DNA of 64,000 bases from Ignavibacteriales bacterium (GCA_037441705.1 JBBIRR010000018.1:10442-74441), one strand, 5' to 3'. Positions 52,130-62,363 are shown, counted from the first letter of the stretch. A program made the numbers and translations. The notes: generated by a model from the sequence alone, not told the origin.

Positions 52130-53698
52130 ATGAAAACAGGATACACGGCGGTCGCACTGCTTGCGATCGTGTTCATGTCCGCCGCCGAGCTGCATGCGCA
52201 GCGAGTCGGAGACTACCGCAGCAACGGCACCGGGGGCGGCAACTGGAGCGCACCGGCAACCTGGCAGCGCTTCAACGGAACGACATGGGTGGCGGCAACA
52301 ACACCGCCGACCGGCACGGCCCAAACCATCACCGTCAGAAGTACGGACTCGGTGTATGTTGATGTCGCAGCAACGATTTCCGACACGCTGAAGAATCAAG
52401 GCCGTCTTGGAGGCGGCACCAATCTCACCATTGCCAACGGCGGCGTCTTCCAGCACGACCAGGATGCCGGTTCGCTTCCGCGAGCCACCTGGGCTGTCGG
52501 TTCAACCCTGTTGATGACGGGAACCACATCAACGGCGCCGGATAACCGCAATCAGAATTTCCATCATGTCGAGTTCAACACTCCGGGCCTTCTTTCCAAC
52601 CTGAACATGAGCTGGGATAGCGTAACCATCGGGGGCGATATTCGTGTCGTCAACACCGGCAGTGCGCGCTGGTATATGACGACGGCGCTGGCAGGCGACT
52701 CTTCCATTTTTTCTATTATGGGTGATGTGATTGTCACGGGAGGGCAGTTCTCGACCAACGGCACCAGCAACGCGAACACGAAATTCGTCATTCATCATTA
52801 CGGTAACATCATTGTCACGGGCGGGAATCTCTCGATCAGTCGCGGATCGCAGGGCAGCGGGTCAGGCTCGACACGCTGGTATCTTCACAACGGCAACTTC
52901 TCGATGTCGAACGCCACGACGCAGAACTCCAACGCGGCCAATGCCTGGTTTGTGTTCGATAAGCCCGGCACACAAACCTTGACGTTGGGCGCGAACAACA
53001 CGCTGACGTCGCTTCCCATCGAAGTGAAACCGGGAACCCGCCTCGATATGGGGCTGAGCAAATTGCGCGGCAGCGGACTCTTCACGCTGAATCCGGGCGC
53101 GATGCTCATCACCGCACAGGAGGGCGGCGTGGATAGCGCGGTGAGCGTGACGGGAACCGTGACCATGACGGGCGCGAGTTTCATGTTCACCGGCACCGGC
53201 GTGCAGGTGACCGGCCTGACCATGCCTGCAACGGTTGATACACTCGCCATCAATCCTGCCAACAGTACCGACACCGTTCGGCTTTCGCAGCCGACAACCA
53301 TCACCGGACGGTTGCGCTTGATGCGCGGGGTGTTCGATAACAGAATTCCGTTCACGCTGGGACCGAATGCAGAGATTTCCTTCGAAGGAGGAACATTGTT
53401 GGTCACCTCGGTGGATGAAACGTCGGGCATTCCAACGTCCTTCTTTGTGGAGCAGAACTATCCGAACCCGTTCAATCCTTCCACCACCATTCGCTACGGG
53501 TTGCCTCGCGAAGCATACGTCACCGTCAGGGTCTATAATCTGCTTGGACAGGAAGTGGCGGCGCCGTTTGCAGGGCGGCAGCATGCGGGCGTGCATACCG
53601 TCGTGGTGGATGCATCGAAATTACCTTCAGGGGTGTACTTCTACCGGGTGCAGGCGGGTTCGTCCGCGCTCACCCGCAAGATGACGGTCGTGAAGTGA
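52130..53698 (+). CDS. T9SS type-A CTD protein with one copy of an unrecognised Gly/Asn/Thr-rich beta domain
   Basis: Signal peptide; domain shared with 57661-62349; '[10 protein letters not shown]...RKMTVVK'. Confidence 0.85.
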   Translation: MKTGYTAVALLAIVFMSAAELHAQRVGDYRSNGTGGGNWSAPATWQRFNGTTWVAATTPPTGTAQTITVRSTDSVYVDVAATISDTLKNQGRLGGGTNLTIANGGVFQHDQDAGSLPRATWAVGSTLLMTGTTSTAPDNRNQNFHHVEFNTPGLLSNLNMSWDSVTIGGDIRVVNTGSARWYMTTALAGDSSIFSIMGDVIVTGGQFSTNGTSNANTKFVIHHYGNIIVTGGNLSISRGSQGSGSGSTRWYLHNGNFSMSNATTQNSNAANAWFVFDKPGTQTLTLGANNTLTSLPIEVKPGTRLDMGLSKLRGSGLFTLNPGAMLITAQEGGVDSAVSVTGTVTMTGASFMFTGTGVQVTGLTMPATVDTLAINPANSTDTVRLSQPTTITGRLRLMRGVFDNRIPFTLGPNAEISFEGGTLLVTSVDETSGIPTSFFVEQNYPNPFNPSTTIRYGLPREAYVTVRVYNLLGQEVAAPFAGRQHAGVHTVVVDASKLPSGVYFYRVQAGSSALTRKMTVVK

Positions 53699-53711
53699 TC
53701 GTCGCGCGTCT

Positions 53712-54950
53712 ATGATTCGTACGTTACACATCGCTGTGCTTGCTCTCGCCGCACTCGGCTGCGGCGGGAGCGAGATGATGGTGAGAGAGAATCTGCCCTG
53801 GTCACGGCGCATTGCCGATTCGTTTGTGCTTCGGCATCCCGGCGCGGCGACCTATGATTCTCTCTCGCCGGACACGAAGTGGAACTACGAGCAAGGACTG
53901 ATGCTGATTTCGTTGCTGGAGATGTGGAAGCATTCCGGCGACACAACGTACTTCGAGTTCGTCCGAAGAAATCTCGAGCAGTACGTAGGGAAGGACGGTA
54001 CCATCAGAACGTATAAGCGGGCGGATTACAACATTGATAATATCGCTCCGGGTCGCGCGCTATTGATCGTGTATCAAGAAACAAAGGATGAGAAGTTTCG
54101 GTATGCAGCCGATACGCTGCGGCAGCAACTGCGCGAACACCCACGAACCAACGAAGGGGGCTTCTGGCACAAGAAGATTTATCCGTACCAGATGTGGTTG
54201 GATGGATTGTTCATGGCGCAGCCGTTCTACGCCATGTATGCGCGCCTGTTCAATGAGCCGGATGCGTTCGACGACATTGCCAACCAGTTTCTCTGGATTG
54301 CCGCACACACGTATGATTCGACGACGGGTCTGTATTATCATGGCTGGGATGAAAGCAGGCAGCAGCGCTGGGCCGATCCGGTGACCGGTCGTTCTCCCAA
54401 CTTCTGGGGCCGCGCCATCGGATGGTACATGATGGCGATTGTGGATGTGCTGGATTATTTTCCGCCCGAACATCCGAGACGTCAGGAGATGCTTGACGTC
54501 TTGCGCCGTCTTGCCGCTGCGCTCCTTCGATTTCGGGATGCACGGACAGGTCTCTGGTATCAGGTACTCGATCAGGGGCACCGGGCTGGAAACTACCTCG
54601 AAGCCTCGGCCTCGTGCATGTTTGCGTACGCGTTTGCGAAAGGAGCAAACAGGGGATATCTCGATGCATCCTATCTCGATGACGCTGCGCGGACGTTTCA
54701 GGGTGTCGTTGCCAATTTCGTGACCATTGACGACCGGGGGTTCATTGACCTTCACAACGTGTGTCGCAGCGCGGGGCTGGGCGGCAATCCGTATCGTGAC
54801 GGAAGCTTTGAGTATTACATCAGCGAGCCGCGCCGCACGAACGACATGAAAGGCGTTGGACCGTTTCTCCGCGCTGCCATCGAGTTGGAGAAGGCGGGTC
54901 GGACCATTCTTGCGCGAGGGCGGTCTTCATTGTCACATCAAGGAGAGTAA
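53712..54950 (+). CDS. GH105 unsaturated rhamnogalacturonyl/galacturonyl hydrolase, lipoprotein
   Basis: 'W.YE.G', 'YNIDNI', 'GGFWHKKIYPYQMWLDGLFM', 'FWGRA.GW', 'NYLE.SAS', 'YRDGS.EYY'; lipobox LGC. Confidence 0.93.
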   Translation: MIRTLHIAVLALAALGCGGSEMMVRENLPWSRRIADSFVLRHPGAATYDSLSPDTKWNYEQGLMLISLLEMWKHSGDTTYFEFVRRNLEQYVGKDGTIRTYKRADYNIDNIAPGRALLIVYQETKDEKFRYAADTLRQQLREHPRTNEGGFWHKKIYPYQMWLDGLFMAQPFYAMYARLFNEPDAFDDIANQFLWIAAHTYDSTTGLYYHGWDESRQQRWADPVTGRSPNFWGRAIGWYMMAIVDVLDYFPPEHPRRQEMLDVLRRLAAALLRFRDARTGLWYQVLDQGHRAGNYLEASASCMFAYAFAKGANRGYLDASYLDDAARTFQGVVANFVTIDDRGFIDLHNVCRSAGLGGNPYRDGSFEYYISEPRRTNDMKGVGPFLRAAIELEKAGRTILARGRSSLSHQGE

Positions 54951-56017
54951 TGAAACGCAGCTCACACATCACGCTGGAAGACATTGCCAAGCGGCTCAAG
55001 GTTTCGCGCGTGACCGTCTCGAAAGCCTTGCGCGGCCATCCCGACATTTCCGAAGAGATGACGCGGAAGATTCGCCAGCTTGCCGACGAACTTGGCTACA
55101 CCCCGAACATCATGGCGCGCAATCTCTCGTCCCGCCGGACTAACATGATCGGCCTCGTCGTGCCGAAGATTGCTCACTACTTCTTCGGGTCGGTTATCGA
55201 AGGCGTTTACAACACAACCTTCGAGAATAATTATGAGACGATCCTGACCGTCTCGCAGGAAAACGCCGAGCGAGAGAAGAAACATCTGCAAACGTTGGTG
55301 GCGATGCGTGTAGACGGCATCATCATTTCCATTACGCAGCAGACGCACGATCCCGATCTGTTCACATGGATTCGGAAGCTCGGCATTCCCCTGCTCTTCA
55401 TGGACCGGCGTCCCGAGCCTCCCTTGCCCGGCTTCAGCAGCGTGCTGGTGGATGATCGCAACGGCGTGTATCAGGCCATCGAGCAGGCAATCAAAGTCGG
55501 ATATCGCAAGATCGGTTTCATCGGCGGCGATCCCACCATCAACATCGGGATGAACCGCCTGTTAGGGTTCGAAGACGCGATGAAAGAGTATCATGTTCGC
55601 ATCAATCCCGATTGGATCGTCCATGGGGGGTACGGCAAAGACGACGGCTACGCGGGCTTCAAGCAGATGTACGAGCGCGGATCGCTGCCCGAGTTCATCT
55701 TCGCGGTAACCTACCCCGTGGCACTCGGCATCCTCGAAGCGGCGAAGGAACTGGAGGTGCAGATTCCCGAAGAGGTGGATCTGATTTGTTTCGGCGACAG
55801 CGACGTTGCACGGTTTATCTCTCCGGCGCTGAGCGTTGTGCGCCAGCCGACGCACGACCTGGGGGTTCGTGCCGTGCAGGTGTTGTTCGAAATGATGCGC
55901 AGCCGCGACGCCATGATCGAGCATCACGTCATTCTTCCGACGCAACTCGTCCTGCGAGACACATGCAGGGCGAAGATTGCGACGGGTAAGGAGATAAGCA
56001 TCAATAATCGAACATGA
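54950..56017 (+). CDS. LacI-family transcriptional regulator
   Basis: 'TLEDIAKRLKVSRVTVSKAL', 'LGY.PN..AR.L', sugar-binding domain. Confidence 0.95.
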   Translation: MKRSSHITLEDIAKRLKVSRVTVSKALRGHPDISEEMTRKIRQLADELGYTPNIMARNLSSRRTNMIGLVVPKIAHYFFGSVIEGVYNTTFENNYETILTVSQENAEREKKHLQTLVAMRVDGIIISITQQTHDPDLFTWIRKLGIPLLFMDRRPEPPLPGFSSVLVDDRNGVYQAIEQAIKVGYRKIGFIGGDPTINIGMNRLLGFEDAMKEYHVRINPDWIVHGGYGKDDGYAGFKQMYERGSLPEFIFAVTYPVALGILEAAKELEVQIPEEVDLICFGDSDVARFISPALSVVRQPTHDLGVRAVQVLFEMMRSRDAMIEHHVILPTQLVLRDTCRAKIATGKEISINNRT

Positions 56018-56080
56018 AGATTGTAAAAGCCCGGTGGACAAGCTTGTTCAAGTTCAGTCAATTTTTTTTGACTTCTTACG

Positions 56081-56090
56081 TAACCGGTTA
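56081..56090 (+). promoter_or_regulatory. LacI-type operator palindrome
   Basis: Perfect TAACCGGTTA with central CG, just upstream of the CE12 gene; TTGACT at 56068. Confidence 0.55.
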
Positions 56091-56095
56091 AGGAA

Positions 56096-57610
56096 ATGAT
56101 CTCCCGTCGTTCCATTCGGCTGGCTGCTGCGGTTGTGGGCGTCTTGCTCGCTGCAGCGGTAGGCGGCGAGCAGAAGCCCCGTGTGTTTCTCGTCGGCGAC
56201 TCGACGATGGCGGATAAGCCCACCATCGGCAATCCCGAACGAGGATGGGGGCAGGTTCTGCCCGTCTTCTTCATGCCGGAAATTCGAATCGAAAATCATG
56301 CTCGCAATGGGAGAAGCACAAAGAGTTTTCTTGACGAAGGGCGCTGGGATGTCGTGCTCGATCGTCTGCGACCGGGAGATTATGTGATGATCCAGTTCGG
56401 GCATAACGATGCGAAGCAGGATGATCCGACACGCTACGCTGCACCGAGAGGGGCGTTCAAGGAAAACCTTGTCCGCTTTGTTCGAGACGCGCGTGCACGT
56501 CACGCTCATCCCATTCTCCTCACGCCGGTGTGCAGACGACGATTCGATCGCAGCGGGACGTTCTACGACGTGCATGGAGAGTATCCGGAGGTTGTGCGTG
56601 AAGTCGGACGTGATGAGAGCGTTCCGGTGATCGATCTACACCGTAAGAGCTATGATCTCTTCAGTCGTTTGGGTGAGGAAGAGAGCAAGCATCTCTTCCT
56701 GTGGGTTTCACCCGGCCGATTTTCGGCGCTTCCGGAAGGGAAGCAGGACAACACGCACTTCAACAGTCGCGGCGCAACTGCGGTGGCCGGACTCGTAGTT
56801 GAAGGACTGCGCGAGATGCACTCCCCGCTTGCCGATCTTCTGAAGCCCGCAGAGAGCGTCACCTTTCCGGGTCTCGGAAAGCTGGTTCTGCTCGACAACT
56901 TCTATAATAACGAATCTCGATCCAATTCCTCAGGCGGCAGCGAACCGTACCATTACCTCTGGCACGATACGACGAACTCGGGTTACTCGCAGCTCGGCGC
57001 CATCATTACTGCATTGGGTGCAGATATTGACACGCTTCGCCGTCAGCCGACGGAGGAGGCGCTGCGGCGCGCAAGTATTTACATCCTTGTCGATCCCGAC
57101 ACGCCGAAAGAGACCGATCATCCGAACTTCATGAGTCCGGATGCCGCTGATGTCATCGAGGGGTGGGTGAAGGCCGGGGGCGTGCTCGTGGTTTTTGGCA
57201 ACGATGCGGGCAATGCCGAGTTTGCACACACCAACCGATTGCTTGCCCGCTTCGGCTTGAGGTTCAACGAGAACAGTCGCAACAGAGTGACCGGCACGAA
57301 CTACACGACGGGGAGCTTTGCACAATTCCCCGCTCATGTTCTGTTCAAGGATGTACGACAAATCTTTCTCAAGGAGATCAGCACATTAGCCGTCAGCTCT
57401 CCGGCTCGATCGCTGCTCACCGACGGCGGCGACGTTATCATGGCGACTGCGGAGGTCGGACGGGGACTCGTTTTCGCCGTTGGCGACCCGTGGTTGTACA
57501 ACGAGTACATGGACCATCGTCGGCTGCCGGAAGGATACGATAACGCGCGCGCGGCGGAGAATCTTTTTCGCTGGCTCCTGAGCGTCTCGGACCGAACGTA
57601 TGAAGGCTGA
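56096..57610 (+). CDS. CE12 rhamnogalacturonan/pectin acetylesterase fused to a GATase1-like (DUF4350-type) domain
   Basis: GDST, 'GWGQ', 'N.ARNGRST.SF', 'QFGHND', 'DNTH'; C-domain 'LLDNFYNNE...IYILVDPD...VGDPWLYNEY'. Confidence 0.85.
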   Translation: MISRRSIRLAAAVVGVLLAAAVGGEQKPRVFLVGDSTMADKPTIGNPERGWGQVLPVFFMPEIRIENHARNGRSTKSFLDEGRWDVVLDRLRPGDYVMIQFGHNDAKQDDPTRYAAPRGAFKENLVRFVRDARARHAHPILLTPVCRRRFDRSGTFYDVHGEYPEVVREVGRDESVPVIDLHRKSYDLFSRLGEEESKHLFLWVSPGRFSALPEGKQDNTHFNSRGATAVAGLVVEGLREMHSPLADLLKPAESVTFPGLGKLVLLDNFYNNESRSNSSGGSEPYHYLWHDTTNSGYSQLGAIITALGADIDTLRRQPTEEALRRASIYILVDPDTPKETDHPNFMSPDAADVIEGWVKAGGVLVVFGNDAGNAEFAHTNRLLARFGLRFNENSRNRVTGTNYTTGSFAQFPAHVLFKDVRQIFLKEISTLAVSSPARSLLTDGGDVIMATAEVGRGLVFAVGDPWLYNEYMDHRRLPEGYDNARAAENLFRWLLSVSDRTYEG

Positions 57611-57660
57611 GAACGTCGTTCGATTCATCTACACAAACCAACTCTTGAAAGGGTGAAGCC

Positions 57661-60600
57661 ATGAAACGTTGCATCTTCATTCTCGCATCAGTCATGCTGA
57701 TGATGGCATCGCTTGCCTCGGCACAGATTCAGAGCAACGGAACGGGGGGCGGAGATTGGAACAGCACAACAACGTGGCAGGGCGGCGTTGTGCCCTCCGC
57801 AGCCGATAGCGTCGTCATTCTGGCGACCGATTCGGTGTTTGTCCTCGCGAATTCCTCCTGTGCCGGACTGCTGGTGCAGGCAGGCGGTAAGGTTGGACTT
57901 GCAGCCAAGCTTTCCGCCACGAACATACAACTGAACGGCAAGCTGAGTGTGCATGCCGATACGTTGAACGCTACAGGCTCGGTAACGGTTGGTGGAAGCG
58001 GCGTGTACGAACATGCACGCAACGGAGGCAGGCTGCCGACCGCGACGTGGGGTTCCGGTGCAACGCTGGTGCTGACGGGAATTACCTCTACGGCCCCTGC
58101 CAACGGCAATCAGAATTTTCATCATGTCGTCTGGAACTCGCCCTCGCAAACCGCCAATCTGAATCTTGGATGGAATGGCAACGTCATCGGCGGGACGATC
58201 ACGGTATTGGCCACCGGATCGGGCCGCTGGCAACTCTGCGCGCCTGCAACGAATACTTCCGCCACCGTGACCATCATGGGCGACGTCGTTCAGTCGGGCG
58301 GGAACCTCACCACAAACGGCACAAGCAACGGCGGAACGACCATCACCATCAATCATTACGGCAACATCAACGTCACCGGCGGGAATTTTTCGATTTCGCG
58401 CGGCTCGCAGGGCGGTACCGGCACCTCGACGTGGAATCTCTTCGGCGGCAATTTCACTCTGATGAATGCGACAACGCAGAATTCGAACACCGCCGGGGCG
58501 AAGTTCGTGATGGCGGGAACGGGGCCGCAGGCAATTACGTTTGCCAACGATTCCCTCGGCAGCAGCTCCGCTGTGCCGATTCAGATTGCTGCCGGCTCGG
58601 TGACGACGCTTTCGCTTTCGAACATCAACTATGCGACGCGCGGGTTCCCCATTCAGGTACTGCCCGGGGCAACGCTCAAAATGGGAATGAGTCAATTCGG
58701 CGGCAACGGGGCGTTCACGCTCGATTCCGCGGCAACGCTCGAATCGGGCCACCCCGATGGGCTGAACGGCAACATCATCACAGCGGGGGCGACGACGCTC
58801 AGCTCTCTTGCCGCGTACGTCTATAACGGAACGGCTGCGCAAGAAACCGGCGCCCTTTTGCCTTCGAGTGTTGCCGCGCTGACGATCAACAACGCAAACG
58901 GCGTGACCTTGAGCGATACGGTTACGGTCACGCAGGCGTTGAATCTCACCGACGGCGTCGTGACGACCGGCAGTAACATTCTCGTTGTCTCGCCGCAGGC
59001 TGCGGTCACGCGCGTCGCGGGTCATGTCAACGGCTTGATGCAGAAAACGGTCGCAAGCCCGGCCGACACGGTGACGTTCGAGATCGGCAGTGCATCGGCG
59101 TTTACTCCCGTTGTTCTTGCGGGAACGTCATACACCGCGTCATTCGATGTGATCGCTGCGACGACGAACGGCGATCATCCCAACATCTCGACTTCGGGCA
59201 TTGATGCGACGAAGTCGGTGAACCGGTACTACACGCTGAGCGGAACGCCCACCGGGGCGAGTAATATCACATTCAACTTTGTGGCGGGTGATGTCGACCC
59301 GTCGGCCAATCCGTTGAACTTCACCATCAAGAAATACGAAACCAGCTGGTCCGCGCTTACGCTGGGCGCCCGCACGGCGACGAGCACGCAAGCTCTCGGC
59401 GTTAGCGACTTCAGCGACTTTGCCATTGGCGAACCGGTTCCGACACGCATCATCAGCAACGGAACCGGCGGCGGAGAGTGGAGCAGCGGAGCGACCTGGT
59501 CGGGAGGCGTCGTCCCCGGCTCGGGCGACACCGTGGTGATTGCCGGAACGGATTCGGTGTTCGTCAATACGAATGCATCCGCGGCGGTAATCGTCGTCCA
59601 GAACGGTGCGCGGCTTGCGCTCAATGCAAAACTTACGGGCGACAGTCTGTGGCTTGGGGGCAGGGCGGTTGTCAATGCCGATACGCTCAACACGTCGCGG
59701 ATGATTGTCGTCGGCGGCGGAGTGTACCAGCATGCTCGTAATGGTGGAAGAATACCCAGTGCGACATGGACAACCGGCTCGACAATCCTTCTGACCGGGA
59801 TTACGGCGAACGCACCTTCGAACGGCAATCAGAATTTCCATCACGTCGTTTGGAACTCGCCCGGCCAAACTGCCAATCTGAATCTCGGCTGGGACGGTAA
59901 CACGATCAGCGGCAACATTACGGTGCTCAGCACCGGGTCGGGCCGCTGGCAGATGTGTGCGCCCGTGGCGAACGATTCGGCTACCGTTACCATTGTGGGA
60001 GATGTCATTCAGTCGGCGGGGCAGTTTACGACCAACGGGACGAGCAACGCCAACACCCACATCATTATCAATCACTCCGGCAACATCAATGTTACCGGCG
60101 GCAACTTCTCCATCAGCAGAGGATCGCAAGGCGGTACGGGGACTTCGACGTGGAATCTGCTGAACGGCAACTTCACGATGGCCGATGCCACAACGCAGAA
60201 CTCGAATGCTGCGGGGGCGAGGTTTGTCTTCGCGCGTGTCGGGCTGCAGACGCTGACGCTTTCCAACGTGACGTTTGCGGGCGGCGGCCTGCCGATTACG
60301 GTCAACACGGGAACCTCGTTGAGCACCGGCACGAGCGTCATCCGCGGCAGCGGCGCGTTCATCCTCAATCCTCTCACGCGGTTGATCTGTGCTCACGAGG
60401 GCGGCCTGGATTCGCTGCTGCAGAATACCGGAACGCGAAGTCTCAGCAAGCAAGCGAGCTATGAGTTCAACGGGACAGTCCTTCAAAGCACGGGCGTGCT
60501 GCTGCCCGATACGCTTCTGCGTCTTGACATCAACAATCCGGCCGGCGTGCGCCTCTCGTCGGGCACAACGGTGCTCACGTCGCTTCTGCTGACCAATGGT

Positions 60601-62349
60601 GATCTGGACCTGAACGGTCAGACGGTAACACTCGGACCGACGGCGCTGCTTGTCGAGTTTCCCGGCAACATCGTGAAGGGAACCAGCGGCAGTATCACCA
60701 CCACACGAACGCTGAGCGCGCCGAGCGATACGGTTGACATTGCCGGGCTCGGCATCTCGATCGGGTCAACGGCAAATCTGGGCAGCACCGTGCTTGTGCG
60801 CGGCCATGCGGTTCAGACGGCGGGCGGCGGAAGCATTCGTCGGTACTTCGACATCACACCAACAAACAACACGGGCTTGAATGCAACGCTGCGCTTCCGC
60901 TACGACGAGTCGGAACTTCAGGGTGCCGCGGAAAGCTCGCTGCGGCTGTTCCGTTCGACCGACAACGGGGCAACCTGGCTGCTGCGGGGCGGCACCGTGG
61001 ACACTGTCGCAAATGTCGTTACGCTGAGCGGCGTGAGCGAGCTGTCGCGGTGGACTGCGGCGAGTGTCGGTGCGCCGCCGAGTGTGAGCAGCATCGCGCG
61101 CTCGACACGTGTGCCCGCTGCAGGCGATTCGCTTGTTGTGACCTGCACGATTACCGACACGGTTGGGATTGCATCGGCCAGTCTCATCTATCATGTCAAT
61201 GGAACGCAAAACGCTGTTGCGATGGTGCGCACCGGGGGCACGCCTCAAAATGGAACGTATCGCGGCGTCATTCCCGGCAGTGCGAACGCCAACGGCAACC
61301 GCATCGAGTATCAGGTTCAGGCGGTGAGCGCGGGCGGGTTGAGCACCACGACGCCGATTGCACGCGCCAACAGCTACTACGCGGGCGTCAGTCCGCTTTC
61401 GCTCACGGGCCTACGCCGAATGCACCCCGACGGCAGAATCATGGACAGTCTCTACTACGCGCGCGTCACGGGGACGGTCAACGGGCCGAATTTCCAGACA
61501 ACCAATCTCGGCTATCATTTTCAGGATGCGGTCGGCGGCATTCAACTCTTCTCCTTCGGCATCACGATTCCGCCGTTGAACGTCGGCGACTCGATCATCG
61601 TGCTGGGTCGGATCGCGCAGTTCCGCGGCCTGACGGAGATCATTCCCGACACGCAGGCAACCGACATTCAGCTTGTTGCAACCGGACGGCCTGTGGTGCC
61701 TGTGACGGTCCGGATTCCGGTTTTTGCAGCCAATCCTGAGCTGTACGAATCGCGGTTGGTGCGCATTGATACGCTTCGACGGCGTGATGCAACTCCGCCG
61801 TGGCCCGGCGCCGGCACCAGTGCCAACATTGTCATGTACCAGCATGTCATGACCGACACGATTATCATGCGCATCGACAGTGACACGGAGATTCCCGGCT
61901 CGCCCGAGCCTGCCTATCCCGTGAACGTGACGGGCGTGATTACGCAGTTCAGCTCGGCGACCAACGTGTATAATAATGGATATCAGACGCAGCCGCGCTT
62001 CCTCACCGACTTGCAAACCGTGGTTGGTGTAAGCGAAACGGACGGCGTGCCGCTCACCTTCGGTCTCGAGCAGAATTATCCCAATCCGTTCAATCCCACC
62101 ACGCAGATCAAATACTCGATAGCGAAGGAATCCTTTGTCACGTTGAAGGTGTACAACCTGCTCGGACAGCATGTTCGAACGCTCGTGAGTGAAGAGCAGG
62201 CCGCCGGGCGGATCACGGCGGTGTGGGATGGCCGGAATGCGGCGGGCAGCGCGGTTGGCAGCGGCGTGTACTTCTATCGGCTCGAAGCGCGCCCAACCGA
62301 CGGCAGTGCGCCGTTTGTGAGCGTGAGGAAGATGATGATGGTTCGGTAG
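57661..62349 (+). CDS. 1562-aa T9SS type-A CTD surface protein with two ~574-aa tandem repeats, Ig-like and OB-fold modules
   Basis: Repeats start at 57733 and 59455; OB-like 'QD..GGI......GD.I.V.G....F.GLTEI'; CTD '[10 protein letters not shown]'. Confidence 0.88.
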   Translation: MKRCIFILASVMLMMASLASAQIQSNGTGGGDWNSTTTWQGGVVPSAADSVVILATDSVFVLANSSCAGLLVQAGGKVGLAAKLSATNIQLNGKLSVHADTLNATGSVTVGGSGVYEHARNGGRLPTATWGSGATLVLTGITSTAPANGNQNFHHVVWNSPSQTANLNLGWNGNVIGGTITVLATGSGRWQLCAPATNTSATVTIMGDVVQSGGNLTTNGTSNGGTTITINHYGNINVTGGNFSISRGSQGGTGTSTWNLFGGNFTLMNATTQNSNTAGAKFVMAGTGPQAITFANDSLGSSSAVPIQIAAGSVTTLSLSNINYATRGFPIQVLPGATLKMGMSQFGGNGAFTLDSAATLESGHPDGLNGNIITAGATTLSSLAAYVYNGTAAQETGALLPSSVAALTINNANGVTLSDTVTVTQALNLTDGVVTTGSNILVVSPQAAVTRVAGHVNGLMQKTVASPADTVTFEIGSASAFTPVVLAGTSYTASFDVIAATTNGDHPNISTSGIDATKSVNRYYTLSGTPTGASNITFNFVAGDVDPSANPLNFTIKKYETSWSALTLGARTATSTQALGVSDFSDFAIGEPVPTRIISNGTGGGEWSSGATWSGGVVPGSGDTVVIAGTDSVFVNTNASAAVIVVQNGARLALNAKLTGDSLWLGGRAVVNADTLNTSRMIVVGGGVYQHARNGGRIPSATWTTGSTILLTGITANAPSNGNQNFHHVVWNSPGQTANLNLGWDGNTISGNITVLSTGSGRWQMCAPVANDSATVTIVGDVIQSAGQFTTNGTSNANTHIIINHSGNINVTGGNFSISRGSQGGTGTSTWNLLNGNFTMADATTQNSNAAGARFVFARVGLQTLTLSNVTFAGGGLPITVNTGTSLSTGTSVIRGSGAFILNPLTRLICAHEGGLDSLLQNTGTRSLSKQASYEFNGTVLQSTGVLLPDTLLRLDINNPAGVRLSSGTTVLTSLLLTNGDLDLNGQTVTLGPTALLVEFPGNIVKGTSGSITTTRTLSAPSDTVDIAGLGISIGSTANLGSTVLVRGHAVQTAGGGSIRRYFDITPTNNTGLNATLRFRYDESELQGAAESSLRLFRSTDNGATWLLRGGTVDTVANVVTLSGVSELSRWTAASVGAPPSVSSIARSTRVPAAGDSLVVTCTITDTVGIASASLIYHVNGTQNAVAMVRTGGTPQNGTYRGVIPGSANANGNRIEYQVQAVSAGGLSTTTPIARANSYYAGVSPLSLTGLRRMHPDGRIMDSLYYARVTGTVNGPNFQTTNLGYHFQDAVGGIQLFSFGITIPPLNVGDSIIVLGRIAQFRGLTEIIPDTQATDIQLVATGRPVVPVTVRIPVFAANPELYESRLVRIDTLRRRDATPPWPGAGTSANIVMYQHVMTDTIIMRIDSDTEIPGSPEPAYPVNVTGVITQFSSATNVYNNGYQTQPRFLTDLQTVVGVSETDGVPLTFGLEQNYPNPFNPTTQIKYSIAKESFVTLKVYNLLGQHVRTLVSEEQAAGRITAVWDGRNAAGSAVGSGVYFYRLEARPTDGSAPFVSVRKMMMVR

Positions 62350-62363
62350 GCGTGCAGGAACTG

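Noticed and set aside
57688-60486. Two ~445-aa minus-strand ORFs similar to each other
   Set aside because: Antisense shadows of the tandem repeats in the 1562-aa protein.
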